Assembly (NCBI GenBank): GCA_002104945.1
Contig: MCFH01000036.1
Span: 310,001 to 374,000 of the forward strand
DNA from: Piromyces finnis finn
Taxonomy: Eukaryota > Fungi > Neocallimastigomycota
Direction: 5' to 3'
DNA: 64,000 bases
Both the position numbers and the translations under genes were made by a program. Shown one piece after another: positions 50,871 through 64,000 of the stretch; within the stretch, counting starts at the first letter, position 1; every line of letters starts with the position of its first letter. Under the pieces are notes generated by a model. That model searched no databases and was not told where the DNA came from. It saw only the letters and a program-made list of their open reading frames with translations.

Positions 50871-53800
50871 TATAAATATCTTATTTACTATTTATTTAAA
50901 CAATAAATAAAATACTTATAAACGTGTTTAATACTAAACCTACAGAACATAGCATAGTAAAAAAAGAGAAGTAAAGTATTAGAAGATATTTTTAGAAGTA
51001 ACTATTGCCATAGCTGTAGATTTATTATTAAAACAAGACAGCTTTTTCAATTCTTATAATTTAATAGAGATGAACATTGCTGTAACTGTCTTTTCATTAA
51101 TTAAGGGGATCCAAAAGTAACCAAAGGAGAATTCATTCTTCAATATTTTTTATATAAATATCTTATTTACTATTTATTTAAACAATAAATAAAATACTTA
51201 TAAATGTGTTTAATAATAAATCTACAGAACATAGCATAGTAAAAAGAGAAGTAAAGTATTAGAAGATATTTTTAGAAGTAACTATTGCCATAGCTGTAGA
51301 TTTATTATTAAAACAAGACAGCTTTTTCAATTCTTATAATTTAATAGAGATGAACATTGCTGTAACTGTCTTTTCATTAATTAAAGGGATCCAAAAGTAA
51401 CCAAAGGAGAATTCATTCTTCAATATTTTTTATTTTTTATATAAATATCTTATTTACTATTTATTTAAACAATAAATAAAATACTTATAAATGTGTTTAA
51501 TAATAAATCTACAGAACATAGCATAGTAAAAAAAGAGAAGTAAAGTATTAGAAGATATTTTTAGAAGTAACTATTGCCATAGCTGTAGATTTATTATTAA
51601 AACAAGACAGCTTTTTCAATTCTTATAATTTAATATAGATGAACATTGCTGTAACTGTCTTTTCATTAATTAAGGGGATCCAAAAGTAACCAAAGGAGAA
51701 TTCATTCTTCAATATTTTTTATATAAATATCTTATTTACTATTTATTTAAACAATAAATAAAATACTTATAAATGTGTTTAATAATAAATCTACAGAACA
51801 TAGCATAGTAAAAAAAGAGAAGTAAAGTATTAGAAGATATTTTTAGAAGTAACTATTGCCATAGCTGTAGATTTATTATTAAAACAAGACAGCTTTTTCA
51901 ATTCTTATAATTTTATAGAGATGAACATTGCTGTAACTGTCTTTTCATTAATTAAAGGGATCCAAAAGTAACCAAAGGAGAATTCATTCTTCAATATTTT
52001 TTATTTTTTATATAAATATCTTATTTACTATTTATTTAAACAATAAATAAAATACTTATAAATGTGTTTAATAATAAATCTACAGAACATAGCATAGTAA
52101 AAAAAGAGAAGTAAAGTATTAGAAGATATTTTTAGAAGTAACTATTGCCATAGCTGTAGATTTATTATTAAAACAAGACAGCTTTTTCAATTCTTATAAT
52201 TTTATAGAGATGAACATTGCTGTAACTGTCTTTTCATTAATTAAAGGGATCCAAAAGTAACCAAAGGAGAATTCATTCTTCAATATTTTTTATTTTTTAT
52301 ATAAATATCTTATTTACTATTTATTTAAACAATAAATAAAATACTTATAAATGTGTTTAATAATAAATCTACAGAACATAGCATAGTAAAAAAAGAGAAG
52401 TAAAGTATTAGAAGATATTTTTAGAAGTAACTATTGCCATAGCTGTAGATTTATTATTAAAACAAGACAGCTTTTTCAATTCTTATAATTTAATAGAGAT
52501 GAACATTGCTGTAACTGTCTTTTCATTAATTAAGGGGATCCAAAAGTAACCAAAGGAGAATTCATTCTTCAATATTTTTTATTTTTTATATAAATATCTT
52601 ATTTACTATTTATTTAAACAATAAATAAAATACTTATAAATGTGTTTAATAATAAATCTACAGAACATAGCATAGTAAAAAAAGAGAAGTAAAGTATTAG
52701 AAGATATTTTTAGAAGTAACTATTGCCATAGCTGTAGATTTATTATTAAAACAAGACAGCTTTTTCAATTCTTATAATTTTATAGAGATGAACATTGCTG
52801 TAACTGTCTTTTCATTAATTAAAGGGATCCAAAAGTAACCAAAGGAGAATTCATTCTTCAATATTTTTTATATAAATATCTTATTTACTATTTATGTAAA
52901 TAATAAATAAAATACTTATAAATGTGTTTAATACTAAACCTACAGAACATAGCATAGTAAAAAAAGAGAAGTAAAGTATTAGAAGATATTTTTAGAAGTA
53001 ACTATTGCCATAGCTGTAGATTTATTATTAAAACAAGACAGCTTTTTCAATTCTTATAATTTTATAGAGATGAACATTGCTGTAACTGTCTTTTCATTAA
53101 TTAAAGGGATCCAAAAGTAACCAAAGGAGAATTCATTCTTCAATATTTTTTATTTTTTATATAAATATCTTATTTACTATTTATTTAAACAATAAATAAA
53201 ATACTTATAAATGTGTTTAATAATAAATCTACAGAACATAGCATAGTAAAAAAAGAGAAGTAAAGTATTAGAAGATATTTTTAGAAGTAACTATTGCCAT
53301 AGCTGTAGATTTATTATTAAAACAAGACAGCTTTTTCAATTCTTATAATTTTATAGAGATGAACATTGCTGTAACTGTCTTTTCATTAATTAAAGGGATC
53401 CAAAAGTAACCAAAGGAGAATTCATTCTTCAATATTTTTTATATAAATATCTTATTTACTATTTATTTAAACAATAAATAAAATACTTATAAATGTGTTT
53501 AATAATAAATCTACAGAACATAGCATAGTAAAAAAAGAGAAGTAAAGTATTAGAAGATATTTTTAGAAGTAACTATTGCCATAGCTGTAGATTTATTATT
53601 AAAACAAGACAGCTTTTTCAATTCTTATAATTTAATAGAGATGAACATTGCTGTAACTGTCTTTTCATTAATTAAGGGGATCCAAAAGTAACCAAAGGAG
53701 AATTCATTCTTCAATATTTTTTATTTTATATAAATATCTTATTTACTATTTATTTAAACAATAAATAAAATACTTATAAACGTGTTTAATACTAAACCTA

Positions 53801-56800
53801 CAGAACATAGCATAGTAAAAAAAGAGAAGTAAAGTATTAGAAGATATTTTTAGAAGTAACTATTGCCATAGCTGTAGATTTATTATTAAAACAAGACAGC
53901 TTTTTCAATTCTTATAATTTAATAGAGATGAACATTGCTGTAACTGTCTTTTCATTAATTAAGGGGATCCAAAAGTAACCAAAGGAGAATTCATTCTTCA
54001 ATATTTTTTATTTTTTATATAAATATCTTATTTACTATTTATTTAAACAATAAATAAAATACTTATAAATGTGTTTAATAATAAATCTACAGAACATAGC
54101 ATAGTAAAAAAAGAGAAGTAAAGTATTAGAAGATATTTTTAGAAGTAACTATTGCCATAGCTGTAGATTTATTATTAAAACAAGACAGCTTTTTCAATTC
54201 TTATAATTTTATAGAGATGAACATTGCTGTAACTGTCTTTTCATTAATTAAAGGGATCCAAAAGTAACCAAAGGAGAATTCATTCTTCAATATTTTTTAT
54301 ATAAATATCTTATTTACTATTTATGTAAATAATAAATAAAATACTTATAAATGTGTTTAATACTAAACCTACAGAACATAGCATAGTAAAAAAAGAGAAG
54401 TAAAGTATTAGAAGATATTTTTAGAAGTAACTATTGCCATAGCTGTAGATTTATTATTAAAACAAGACAGCTTTTTCAATTCTTATAATTTTATAGAGAT
54501 GAACATTGCTGTAACTGTCTTTTCATTAATTAAAGGGATCCAAAAGTAACCAAAGGAGAATTCATTCTTCAATATTTTTTATTTTTTATATAAATATCTT
54601 ATTTACTATTTATTTAAACAATAAATAAAATACTTATAAATGTGTTTAATAATAAATCTACAGAACATAGCATAGTAAAAAAAGAGAAGTAAAGTATTAG
54701 AAGATATTTTTAGAAGTAACTATTGCCATAGCTGTAGATTTATTATTAAAACAAGACAGCTTTTTCAATTCTTATAATTTTATAGAGATGAACATTGCTG
54801 TAACTGTCTTTTCATTAATTAAAGGGATCCAAAAGTAACCAAAGGAGAATTCATTCTTCAATATTTTTTATATAAATATCTTATTTACTATTTATGTAAA
54901 TAATAAATAAAATACTTATAAATGTGTTTAATAATAAATCTACAGAACATAGCATAGTAAAAAAAGAGAAGTAAAGTATTAGAAGATATTTTTAGAAGTA
55001 ACTATTGCCATAGCTGTAGATTTATTATTAAAACAAGACAGCTTTTTCAATTCTTATAATTTTATAGAGATGAACATTGCTGTAACTGTCTTTTCATTAA
55101 TTAAAGGGATCCAAAAGTAACCAAAGGAGAATTCATTCTTCAATATTTTTTATTTTTTATATAAATATCTTATTTACTATTTATTTAAACAATAAATAAA
55201 ATACTTATAAATGTGTTTAATACTAAACCTACAGAACATAGCATAGTAAAAAAAGAGAAGTAAAGTATTAGAAGATATTTTTAGAAGTAACTATTGCCAT
55301 AGCTGTAGATTTATTATTAAAACAAGACAGCTTTTTCAATTCTTATAATTTTATAGAGATGAACATTGCTGTAACTGTCTTTTCATTAATTAAAGGGATC
55401 CAAAAGTAACCAAAGGAGAATTCATTCTTCAATATTTTTTATATAAATATCTTATTTACTATTTATTTAAACAATAAATAAAATACTTATAAATGTGTTT
55501 AATACTAAACCTACAGAACATAGCATAGTAAAAAAAGAGAAGTAAAGTATTAGAAGATATTTTTAGAAGTAACTATTGCCATAGCTGTAGATTTATTATT
55601 AAAACAAGACAGCTTTTTCAATTCTTATAATTTAATAGAGATGAACATTGCTGTAACTGTCTTTTCATTAATTAAGGGGATCCAAAAGTAACCAAAGGAG
55701 AATTCATTCTTCAATATTTTTTATTTTTTATATAAATATCTTATTTACTATTTATTTAAACAATAAATAAAATACTTATAAATGTGTTTAATAATAAATC
55801 TACAGAACATAGCATAGTAAAAAAAGAGAAGTAAAGTATTAGAAGATATTTTTAGAAGTAACTATTGCCATAGCTGTAGATTTATTATTAAAACAAGACA
55901 GCTTTTTCAATTCTTATAATTTTATAGAGATGAACATTGCTGTAACTGTCTTTTCATTAATTAAGGGGATCCAAAAGTAACCAAAGGAGAATTCATTCTT
56001 CAATATTTTTTATTTTTTATATAAATATCTTATTTACTATTTATTTAAACAATAAATAAAATACTTATAAATGTGTTTAATAATAAATCTACAGAACATA
56101 GCATAATAAAAAAAGAGAAGTAAAGTATTAGAAGATATTTTTAGAAGTAACTATTGCCATAGCTGTAGATTTATTATTAAAACAAGACAGCTTTTTCAAT
56201 TCTTATAATTTAATAGAGATGAACATTGCTGTAACTGTCTTTTCATTAATTAAGGGGATCCAAAAGTAACCAAAGGAGAATTCATTCTTCAATATTTTTT
56301 ATTTTTTATATAAATATCTTATTTACTATTTATTTAAACAATAAATAAAATACTTATAAATGTGTTTAATAATAAATCTACAGAACATAGCATAGTAAAA
56401 AAAGAGAAGTAAAGTATTAGAAGATATTTTTAGAAGTAACTATTGCCATAGCTGTAGATTTATTATTAAAACAAGACAGCTTTTTCAATTCTTATAATTT
56501 AATAGAGATGAACATTGCTGTAACTGTCTTTTCATTAATTAAGGGATCCAAAAGTAACCAAAGGAGAATTCATTCTTCAATATTTTTTATATAAATATCT
56601 TATTTACTATTTATTTAAACAATAAATAAAATACTTATAAATGTGTTTAATACTAAACCTACAGAACATAGCATAGTAAAAAAAGAGAAGTAAAGTATTA
56701 GAAGATATTTTTAGAAGTAACTATTGCCATAGCTGTAGATTTATTATTAAAACAAGACAGCTTTTTCAATTCTTATAATTTAATAGAGATGAACATTGCT

Positions 56801-59800
56801 GTAACTGTCTTTTCATTAATTAAGGGGATCCAAAAGTAACCAAAGGAGAATTCATTCTTCAATATTTTTTATATAAATATCTTATTTACTATTTATTTAA
56901 ACAATAAATAAAATACTTATAAATGTGTTTAATAATAAATCTACAGAACATAGCATAGTAAAAAAAGAGAAGTAAAGTATTAGAAGATATTTTTAGAAGT
57001 AACTATTGCCATAGCTGTAGATTTATTATTAAAACAAGACAGCTTTTTCAATTCTTATAATTTAATAGAGATGAACATTGCTGTAACTGTCTTTTCATTA
57101 ATTAAGGGGATCCAAAAGTAACCAAAGGAGAATTCATTCTTCAATATTTTTTATATAAATATCTTATTTACTATTTATTTAAACAATAAATAAAATACTT
57201 ATAAATGTGTTTAATAATAAATCTACAGAACATAGCATAGTAAAAAAAGAGAAGTAAAGTATTAGAAGATATTTTTAGAAGTAACTATTGCCATAGCTGT
57301 AGATTTATTATTAAAACAAGACAGCTTTTTCAATTCTTATAATTTAATAGAGATGAACATTGCTGTAACTGTCTTTTCATTAATTAAGGGATCCAAAAGT
57401 AACCAAAGGAGAATTCATTCTTCAATATTTTTTATTATATAAATATCTTATTTACTATTTATTTAAACAATAAATAAAATACTTATAAATGTGTTTAATA
57501 ATAAATCTACAGAACATAGCATAGTAAAAAAAGAGAAGTAAAGTATTAGAAGATATTTTTAGAAGTAACTATTGCCATAGCTGTAGATTTATTATTAAAA
57601 CAAGACAGCTTTTTCAATTCTTATAATTTATAGAGATGAACATTGCTGTAACTGTCTTTTCATTAATTAAGGGATCCAAAAGTAACCAAAGGAGAATTCA
57701 TTCTTCAATATTTTTATTTTTATATAAATATCTTATTTACTATTTATTTAAACAATAAATAAAATACTTATAAATGTGTTTAATAATAAATCTACAGAAC
57801 ATAGCATAGTAAAAAAAGAGAAGTAAAGTATTAGAAGATATTTTTAGAAGTAACTATTGCCATAGCTGTAGATTTATTATTAAAACAAGACAGCTTTTTC
57901 AATTCTTATAATTTAATAGAGATGAACATTGCTGTAACTGTCTTTTCATTAATTAAGGGATCCAAAAGTAACCAAAGGAGAATTCATTCTTCAATATTTT
58001 TTTATATAAATATCTTATTTACTATTTATTTAAACAATAAATAAAATACTTATAAATGTGTTTAATAATAAATCTACAGAACATAGCATAGTAAAAAAAG
58101 AGAAGTAAAGTATTAGAAGATATTTTTAGAAGTAACTATTGCCATAGCTGTAGATTTATTATTAAAACAAGACAGCTTTTTCAATTCTTATAATTTAATA
58201 GAGATGAACATTGCTGTAACTGTCTTTTCATTAATTAAGGGGATCCAAAAGTAACCAAAGGAGAATTCATTCTTCAATATTTTTTATTTTATATAAATAT
58301 CTTATTTACTATTTATTTAAACAATAAATAAAATACTTATAAATGTGTTTAATAATAAATCTACAGAACATAGCATAGTAAAAAAAGAGAAGTAAAGTAT
58401 TAGAAGATATTTTTAGAAGTAACTATTGCCATAGCTGTAGATTTATTATTAAAACAAGACAGCTTTTTCAATTCTTATAATTTAATAGAGATGAACATTG
58501 CTGTAACTGTCTTTTCATTAATTAAGGGGATCCAAAAGTAACCAAAGGAGAATTCATTCTTCAATATTTTTATTTATATAAATATCTTATTTACTATTTA
58601 TTTAAACAATAAATAAAATACTTATAAATGTGTTTAATAATAAATCTACAGAACATAGCATAGTAAAAAAAGAGAAGTAAAGTATTAGAAGATATTTTTA
58701 GAAGTAACTATTGCCATAGCTGTAGATTTATTATTAAAACAAGACAGCTTTTTCAATTCTTATAATTTAATAGAGATGAACATTGCTGTAACTGTCTTTT
58801 CATTAATTAAGGGGATCCAAAAGTAACCAAAGGAGAATTCATTCTTCAATATTTTTTTATATAAATATCTTATTTACTATTTATTTAAACAATAAATAAA
58901 ATACTTATAAATGTGTTTAATAATAAATCTACAGAACATAGCATAGTAAAAAAAGAGAAGTAAAGTATTAGAAGATATTTTTAGAAGTAACTATTGCCAT
59001 AGCTGTAGATTTATTATTAAAACAAGACAGCTTTTTCAATTCTTATAATTTATAGAGATGAACATTGCTGTAACTGTCTTTTCATTAATTAAGGGATCCA
59101 AAAGTAACCAAAGGAGAATTCATTCTTCAATATTTTTATTTTATATAAATATCTTATTTACTATTTATTTAAACAATAAATAAAATACTTATAAATGTGT
59201 TTAATAATAAATCTACAGAACATAGCATAATAAAAAAAGAGAAGTAAAGTATTAGAAGATATTTTTAGAAGTAACTATTGCCATAGCTGTAGATTTATTA
59301 TTAAAACAAGACAGCTTTTTCAATTCTTATAATTTAATAGAGATGAACATTGCTGTAACTGTCTTTTCATTAATTAAGGGGATCCAAAAGTAACCAAAGG
59401 AGAATTCATTCTTCAATATTTTTTATATAAATATCTTATTTACTATTTATTTAAACAATAAATAAAATACTTATAAATGTGTTTAATAATAAATCTACAG
59501 AACATAGCATAGTAAAAAAAGAGAAGTAAAGTATTAGAAGATATTTTTAGAAGTAACTATTGCCATAGCTGTAGATTTATTATTAAAACAAGACAGCTTT
59601 TTCAATTCTTATAATTTTATAGAGATGAACATTGCTGTAACTGTCTTTTCATTAATTAAAGGGATCCAAAAGTAACCAAAGGAGAATTCATTCTTCAATA
59701 TTTTTTATTTTTATATAAATATCTTATTTACTATTTATTTAAACAATAAATAAAATACTTATAAATGTGTTTAATAATAAATCTACAGAACATAGCATAG

Positions 59801-61195
59801 TAAAAAAAGAGAAGTAAAGTATTAGAAGATATTTTTAGAAGTAACTATTGCCATAGCTGTAGATTTATTATTAAAACAAGACAGCTTTTTCAATTCTTAT
59901 AATTTAATAGAGATGAACATTGCTGTAACTGTCTTTTCATTAATTAAGGGGATCCAAAAGTAACCAAAGGAGAATTCATTCTTCAATATTTTTTATTTTA
60001 TATAAATATCTTATTTACTATTTATTTAAACAATAAATAAAATACTTATAAATGTGTTTAATAATAAATCTACAGAACATAGCATAGTAAAAAAAGAGAA
60101 GTAAAGTATTAGAAGATATTTTTAGAAGTAACTATTGCCATAGCTGTAGATTTATTATTAAAACAAGACAGCTTTTTCAATTCTTATAATTTAATAGAGA
60201 TGAACATTGCTGTAACTGTCTTTTCATTAATTAAGGGGATCCAAAAGTAACCAAAGGAGAATTCATTCTTCAATATTTTTTATATAAATATCTTATTTAC
60301 TATTTATTTAAACAATAAATAAAATACTTATAAATGTGTTTAATAATAAATCTACAGAACATAGCATAGTAAAAAAAGAGAAGTAAAGTATTAGAAGATA
60401 TTTTTAGAAGTAACTATTGCCATAGCTGTAGATTTATTATTAAAACAAGACAGCTTTTTCAATTCTTATAATTTAATAGAGATGAACATTGCTGTAACTG
60501 TCTTTTCATTAATTAAGGGGATCCAAAAGTAACCAAAGGAGAATTCATTCTTCAATATTTTTTATATAAATATCTTATTTACTATTTATTTAAACAATAA
60601 ATAAAATACTTATAAATGTGTTTAATACTAAACCTACAGAACATAGCATAGAAAAAAAAGAGAAGTAAAGTATTAGAAGATATTTTTAGAAGTAACTATT
60701 GCCATAGCTGTAGATTTATTATTAAAACAAGACAGCTTTTTCAATTCTTATAATTTAATAGAGATGAACATTGCTGTAACTGTCTTTTCATTAATTAAGG
60801 GGATCCAAAAGTAACCAAAGGAGAATTCATTCTTCAATATTTTTTATATAAATATCTTATTTACTATTTATTTAAACAATAAATAAAATACTTATAAATG
60901 TGTTTAATAATAAATCTACAGAACATAGCATAGTAAAAAAAGAGAAGTAAAGTATTAGAAGATATTTTTAGAAGTAACTATTGCCATAGCTGTAGATTTA
61001 TTATTAAAACAAGACAGCTTTTTCAATTCTTATAATTTAATAGAGATGAACATTGCTGTAACTGTCTTTTCATTAATTAAGGGGATCCAAAAGTAACCAA
61101 AGGAGAATTCATTCTTCAATGTTTTTTATTTTTTATATAAATATCTTATTTACTATTTATTTAAACAATAAATAAAATACTTATAAATATGTTTA
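50871..61195. repeat. Tandem array of 36 near-identical ~282-289 bp units plus a partial 37th
   Basis: 36 GGATCC sites counted, from ~51107 to ~61083 (mean spacing ~285). Each unit also has one GAATTC. Units differ by a few shared SNPs and a ~7 nt indel. Confidence 0.97.
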
Positions 61196-61750
61196 AAACT
61201 AAATAAAATGATTTTTAATAAAATAAAGATGTTTTTGAAAAATTTTGAAAAAAGTAAGAGTTTAAATACTTTTTTTTTCTCAATTATATAATTATTATTT
61301 TTCAAATGATTATATTAATATTAAATGGTATTTTGTGAAAATAAAATTAAAATAAATATAAGCCACAAACTTTAAATCCTATTTTCTAAATTTTATTTAT
61401 TCAATTGGTTATGTTAATAAATAAAGATGATATTTTTAATGGTTAAAAAAAATGAAAATTATTATGAACCACAAACTTAAAAATTAATACCATTAACCAC
61501 AACATAATTAAATTTAATTTATATTAATGTAATGTATATGTAATAAGATATAATGTAAATTTAATGGTAATGTAAATGTATGATACATATAATTTTTTCA
61601 TTATAACTATAGGTTTTTTTTTTAATTTTTTATTTTTAAATTAAAAGGGTTAAAAAATATTTAAAAAAAATGCAAATTTTAAAGAGTTAATAAAGAAGTT
61701 AGGATGTAAGGATATTTTTATATTATTTAAATTTATAAAAAAAAAACATA

Positions 61751-62016
61751 AAACATAGAATATAATAGCATTTTTATAATTAAAAATATTTTTGATAATA
61801 AAAATAACAAATATTTAATTCAAGTTAATAAAATTAAAAGCATAGAATATAATAGTGTTTTTATAATGAAAAATGTTTTTGATAATAAAAATAACAAATA
61901 TTTAATTCAAGTTAATAAAATTAAAAGCATAGAATATAATAGTGTTTTTATAATGAAAAATGTTTTTGATAATAAAAAAAAACAAATATTTAATTCAAAT
62001 TAATAAAATTAAAAAG
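61751..62016. repeat. 87 bp tandem repeat x3
   Basis: CATAGAATATAATAG recurs at 61754, 61841 and 61928. Confidence 0.9.
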
Positions 62017-64000
62017 CTTTATTTATTATATGAATTCAATTATTTTATTTTATTTTATTTTATATTTTTTTGAATATCTATTCTGAAAGATGTTAATATA
62101 AAATATTTTTCAAAATAAAGTTCAAGTATAAAAGAAAGTTTTTTTTATCTTTTTCAAACTACTGTTGTTAAAAGAAATCTATTAACATTTATAGTTTTTT
62201 TTTGAATTGATTTATTAAATCTTAAATTCTTAATCTTGCATATTTTAATATTAAACAATTTACTTTTATGAGTTTTTTTCATTAAAATCACAATTAATAA
62301 ATGCAAAGATTATTAAATTTTTAAAAAAAAAATTATAGAGTTAAAATATTTTATATTTTATATCTTATTACTTTTGATATTTTTAATTTAAAAATAACAC
62401 AATATTATAATTAGTTTTTTTTTCTTTTCTTTTTTAAAGAAAACAATTTTATTTCTTTCAAGTTATTATTTTTTTGTGATTATTTTTTATTTTAATTTTT
62501 TTAATAATTATTTTAGTTATTTCTCAGTATTAATAATAATTTTAACTTATTAATTTTTAAATTGAACTTTATTAGGAAAACAGTTATCAATACCTAAAAA
62601 CCTTATTTAATAATATAATTGAATATTACTATAAATGTTATATAAACATAAATTAATGTAATATTGGAATAGATTATAATGTAGTTTTTTAGTACATTTT
62701 ATTTAGTACATTAGTGTATTTATCATATTTTTATAATCATGTGATAAATTAAAGTATTTATAGTATTTAATATAAACAGTTAAACAAACTTTATAGTTAG
62801 ATTTTGGTATAAATTAGTAGAAAATATAGTAAATTAGTCTCTATCTAAGAATATAATAGTTAGGAGAAGATATTCTTAAGATCATATAATATTAAGTATG
62901 TATTTGAATAATTTATAAATAAAGTATATAAGTCAACTCACAAATCCTGAGTGTATTGAACCGAGTTGTATCAAATACTAATAAAAATATATTAAATTCT
63001 AATTTTAAATGAGCTAATGCATGTAAAAAATATGTATTGCTTAATCAAGCAAATTGGACAAATATATTTATATATCAATTAACAATTAATCTAATTCATA
63101 ATATTTTATTAACTATTTTTTTAAAAGAAATAGAGAACTAGTATTTTTCTTTTTTTTTTTTTTGTTTTAATTTTTATGTACCTTTTTTTTTTCTTTTCCT
63201 TTTTTTTTTTATAAGAATAGAGTATTCATTTTATTCATTAATCATTTATATTTTTTAAAAGTTGATGCACTTTTCATTTTAAATTGAAATTATAAAATTG
63301 TTACACAACAATTTCTAATTAAATTTAATAATTAAATGAATACATATAAAGATTAAGTAGATCTATTAATTTATATAAATGAATGTATTATTATTTATAT
63401 TAATAAATAATTAATATTAAATAAAAACATAAAAACTTTAAAACTTTAAATAGTCATTACCAAAAAATAAATAAATAAATAAATAAATAAATGAATTTTA
63501 AATATTTAATTAATTAAAATTAATGAATATATTTAATAAATAAATAAATAAATAATAATAAAATTAATTATTAGAATTTTAAAAACAATTAAAGCGTTCA
63601 ATTGATTTAAATACATTTAAATATTTTATTTATTTATTTAAATACTATTTATACTTATTTTAATTAAAAAAAAAAATTAATTAAAAAGAAATGATTAAAA
63701 AAGGAAATCTTTTTTGTAATTAAAAGTCATATTTTCATCAGTGTAAAACGGTAGAACGCTGAATAAATAGTATTAAAATCTTTATTCTATTTTTATTTCT
63801 ATAGATGGTTAATACCCATGAAATAATTATAACCAACTAAATAAGTAACCTATAAACTAAAAAAGTAGTAATATTCAAAGTACTTTGCAATAAATATGCT
63901 TTTTAAATAGTATTGTATTTATGGATTCCATTTAATTAAATATATTTAATTAAATATTAATTTTTTTTATATTAATAGGATATAAAAGGAAATCTTTTAT

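Noticed and set aside
50948-50958. Pol III A-box-like TAGCATAGT in each unit (tRNA/SINE array)
   Set aside because: No B-box and no cloverleaf; the match is short in AT-rich DNA.
50871-61195. CRISPR-like array
   Set aside because: Whole units are near-identical with no unique spacers, and there are no cas genes in a eukaryotic context.
50871-61195. Array as tandem coding exons (a + strand 33-codon stretch KIFLEVT...MNIA; a - strand LRR-like ELKKLSCFNNK)
   Set aside because: Both frames are bounded or broken by stops. Unit 3 has an in-frame TAG and others carry frameshifts. The stop count is not clearly below chance.
50815-61215. Terminal inverted repeats flanking the array
   Set aside because: The short matches (TTTAGTTTTA, ATCATTTT) occur in the wrong relative order for TIRs and are low complexity.

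Overview
This is eukaryotic, extremely AT-rich DNA with short GT-AG introns. Composition plus the Cof-type HAD and CotH families point to an anaerobic gut fungus (Neocallimastigomycota); the taxon is an inference. Left to right: the 3' end of an Hsp70-family gene, CNOT10 (minus, 5 exons), then a tandem array of six 3-exon Cof-type HAD phosphatase genes interleaved with two intronless secreted CotH kinase genes (HAD-HAD-HAD-CotH ... HAD-HAD-CotH-HAD). The array is interrupted by a ~23 kb block holding three copies of a 15-exon secreted LRR/Thr-rich gene. Copies 1 and 2 form the ~5.4 kb arms of a large inverted repeat around an intact-ORF LINE; copy 3 is a rearranged pseudogene. A 10.3 kb array of 36 hairpin-rich ~285 bp units follows the last HAD gene. 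Most interesting: (i) the LRR copies have near-identical introns but a strongly diverged exon 3 and mostly non-synonymous changes elsewhere, with one in-frame LRR per exon; (ii) the first ~170 nt of the LINE-associated segment fold into five adjacent hairpins starting exactly at the inverted-repeat breakpoint; (iii) each satellite unit carries a 19 bp inverted repeat and further hairpins. All alignments, counts and folds were done by eye and need computational confirmation.
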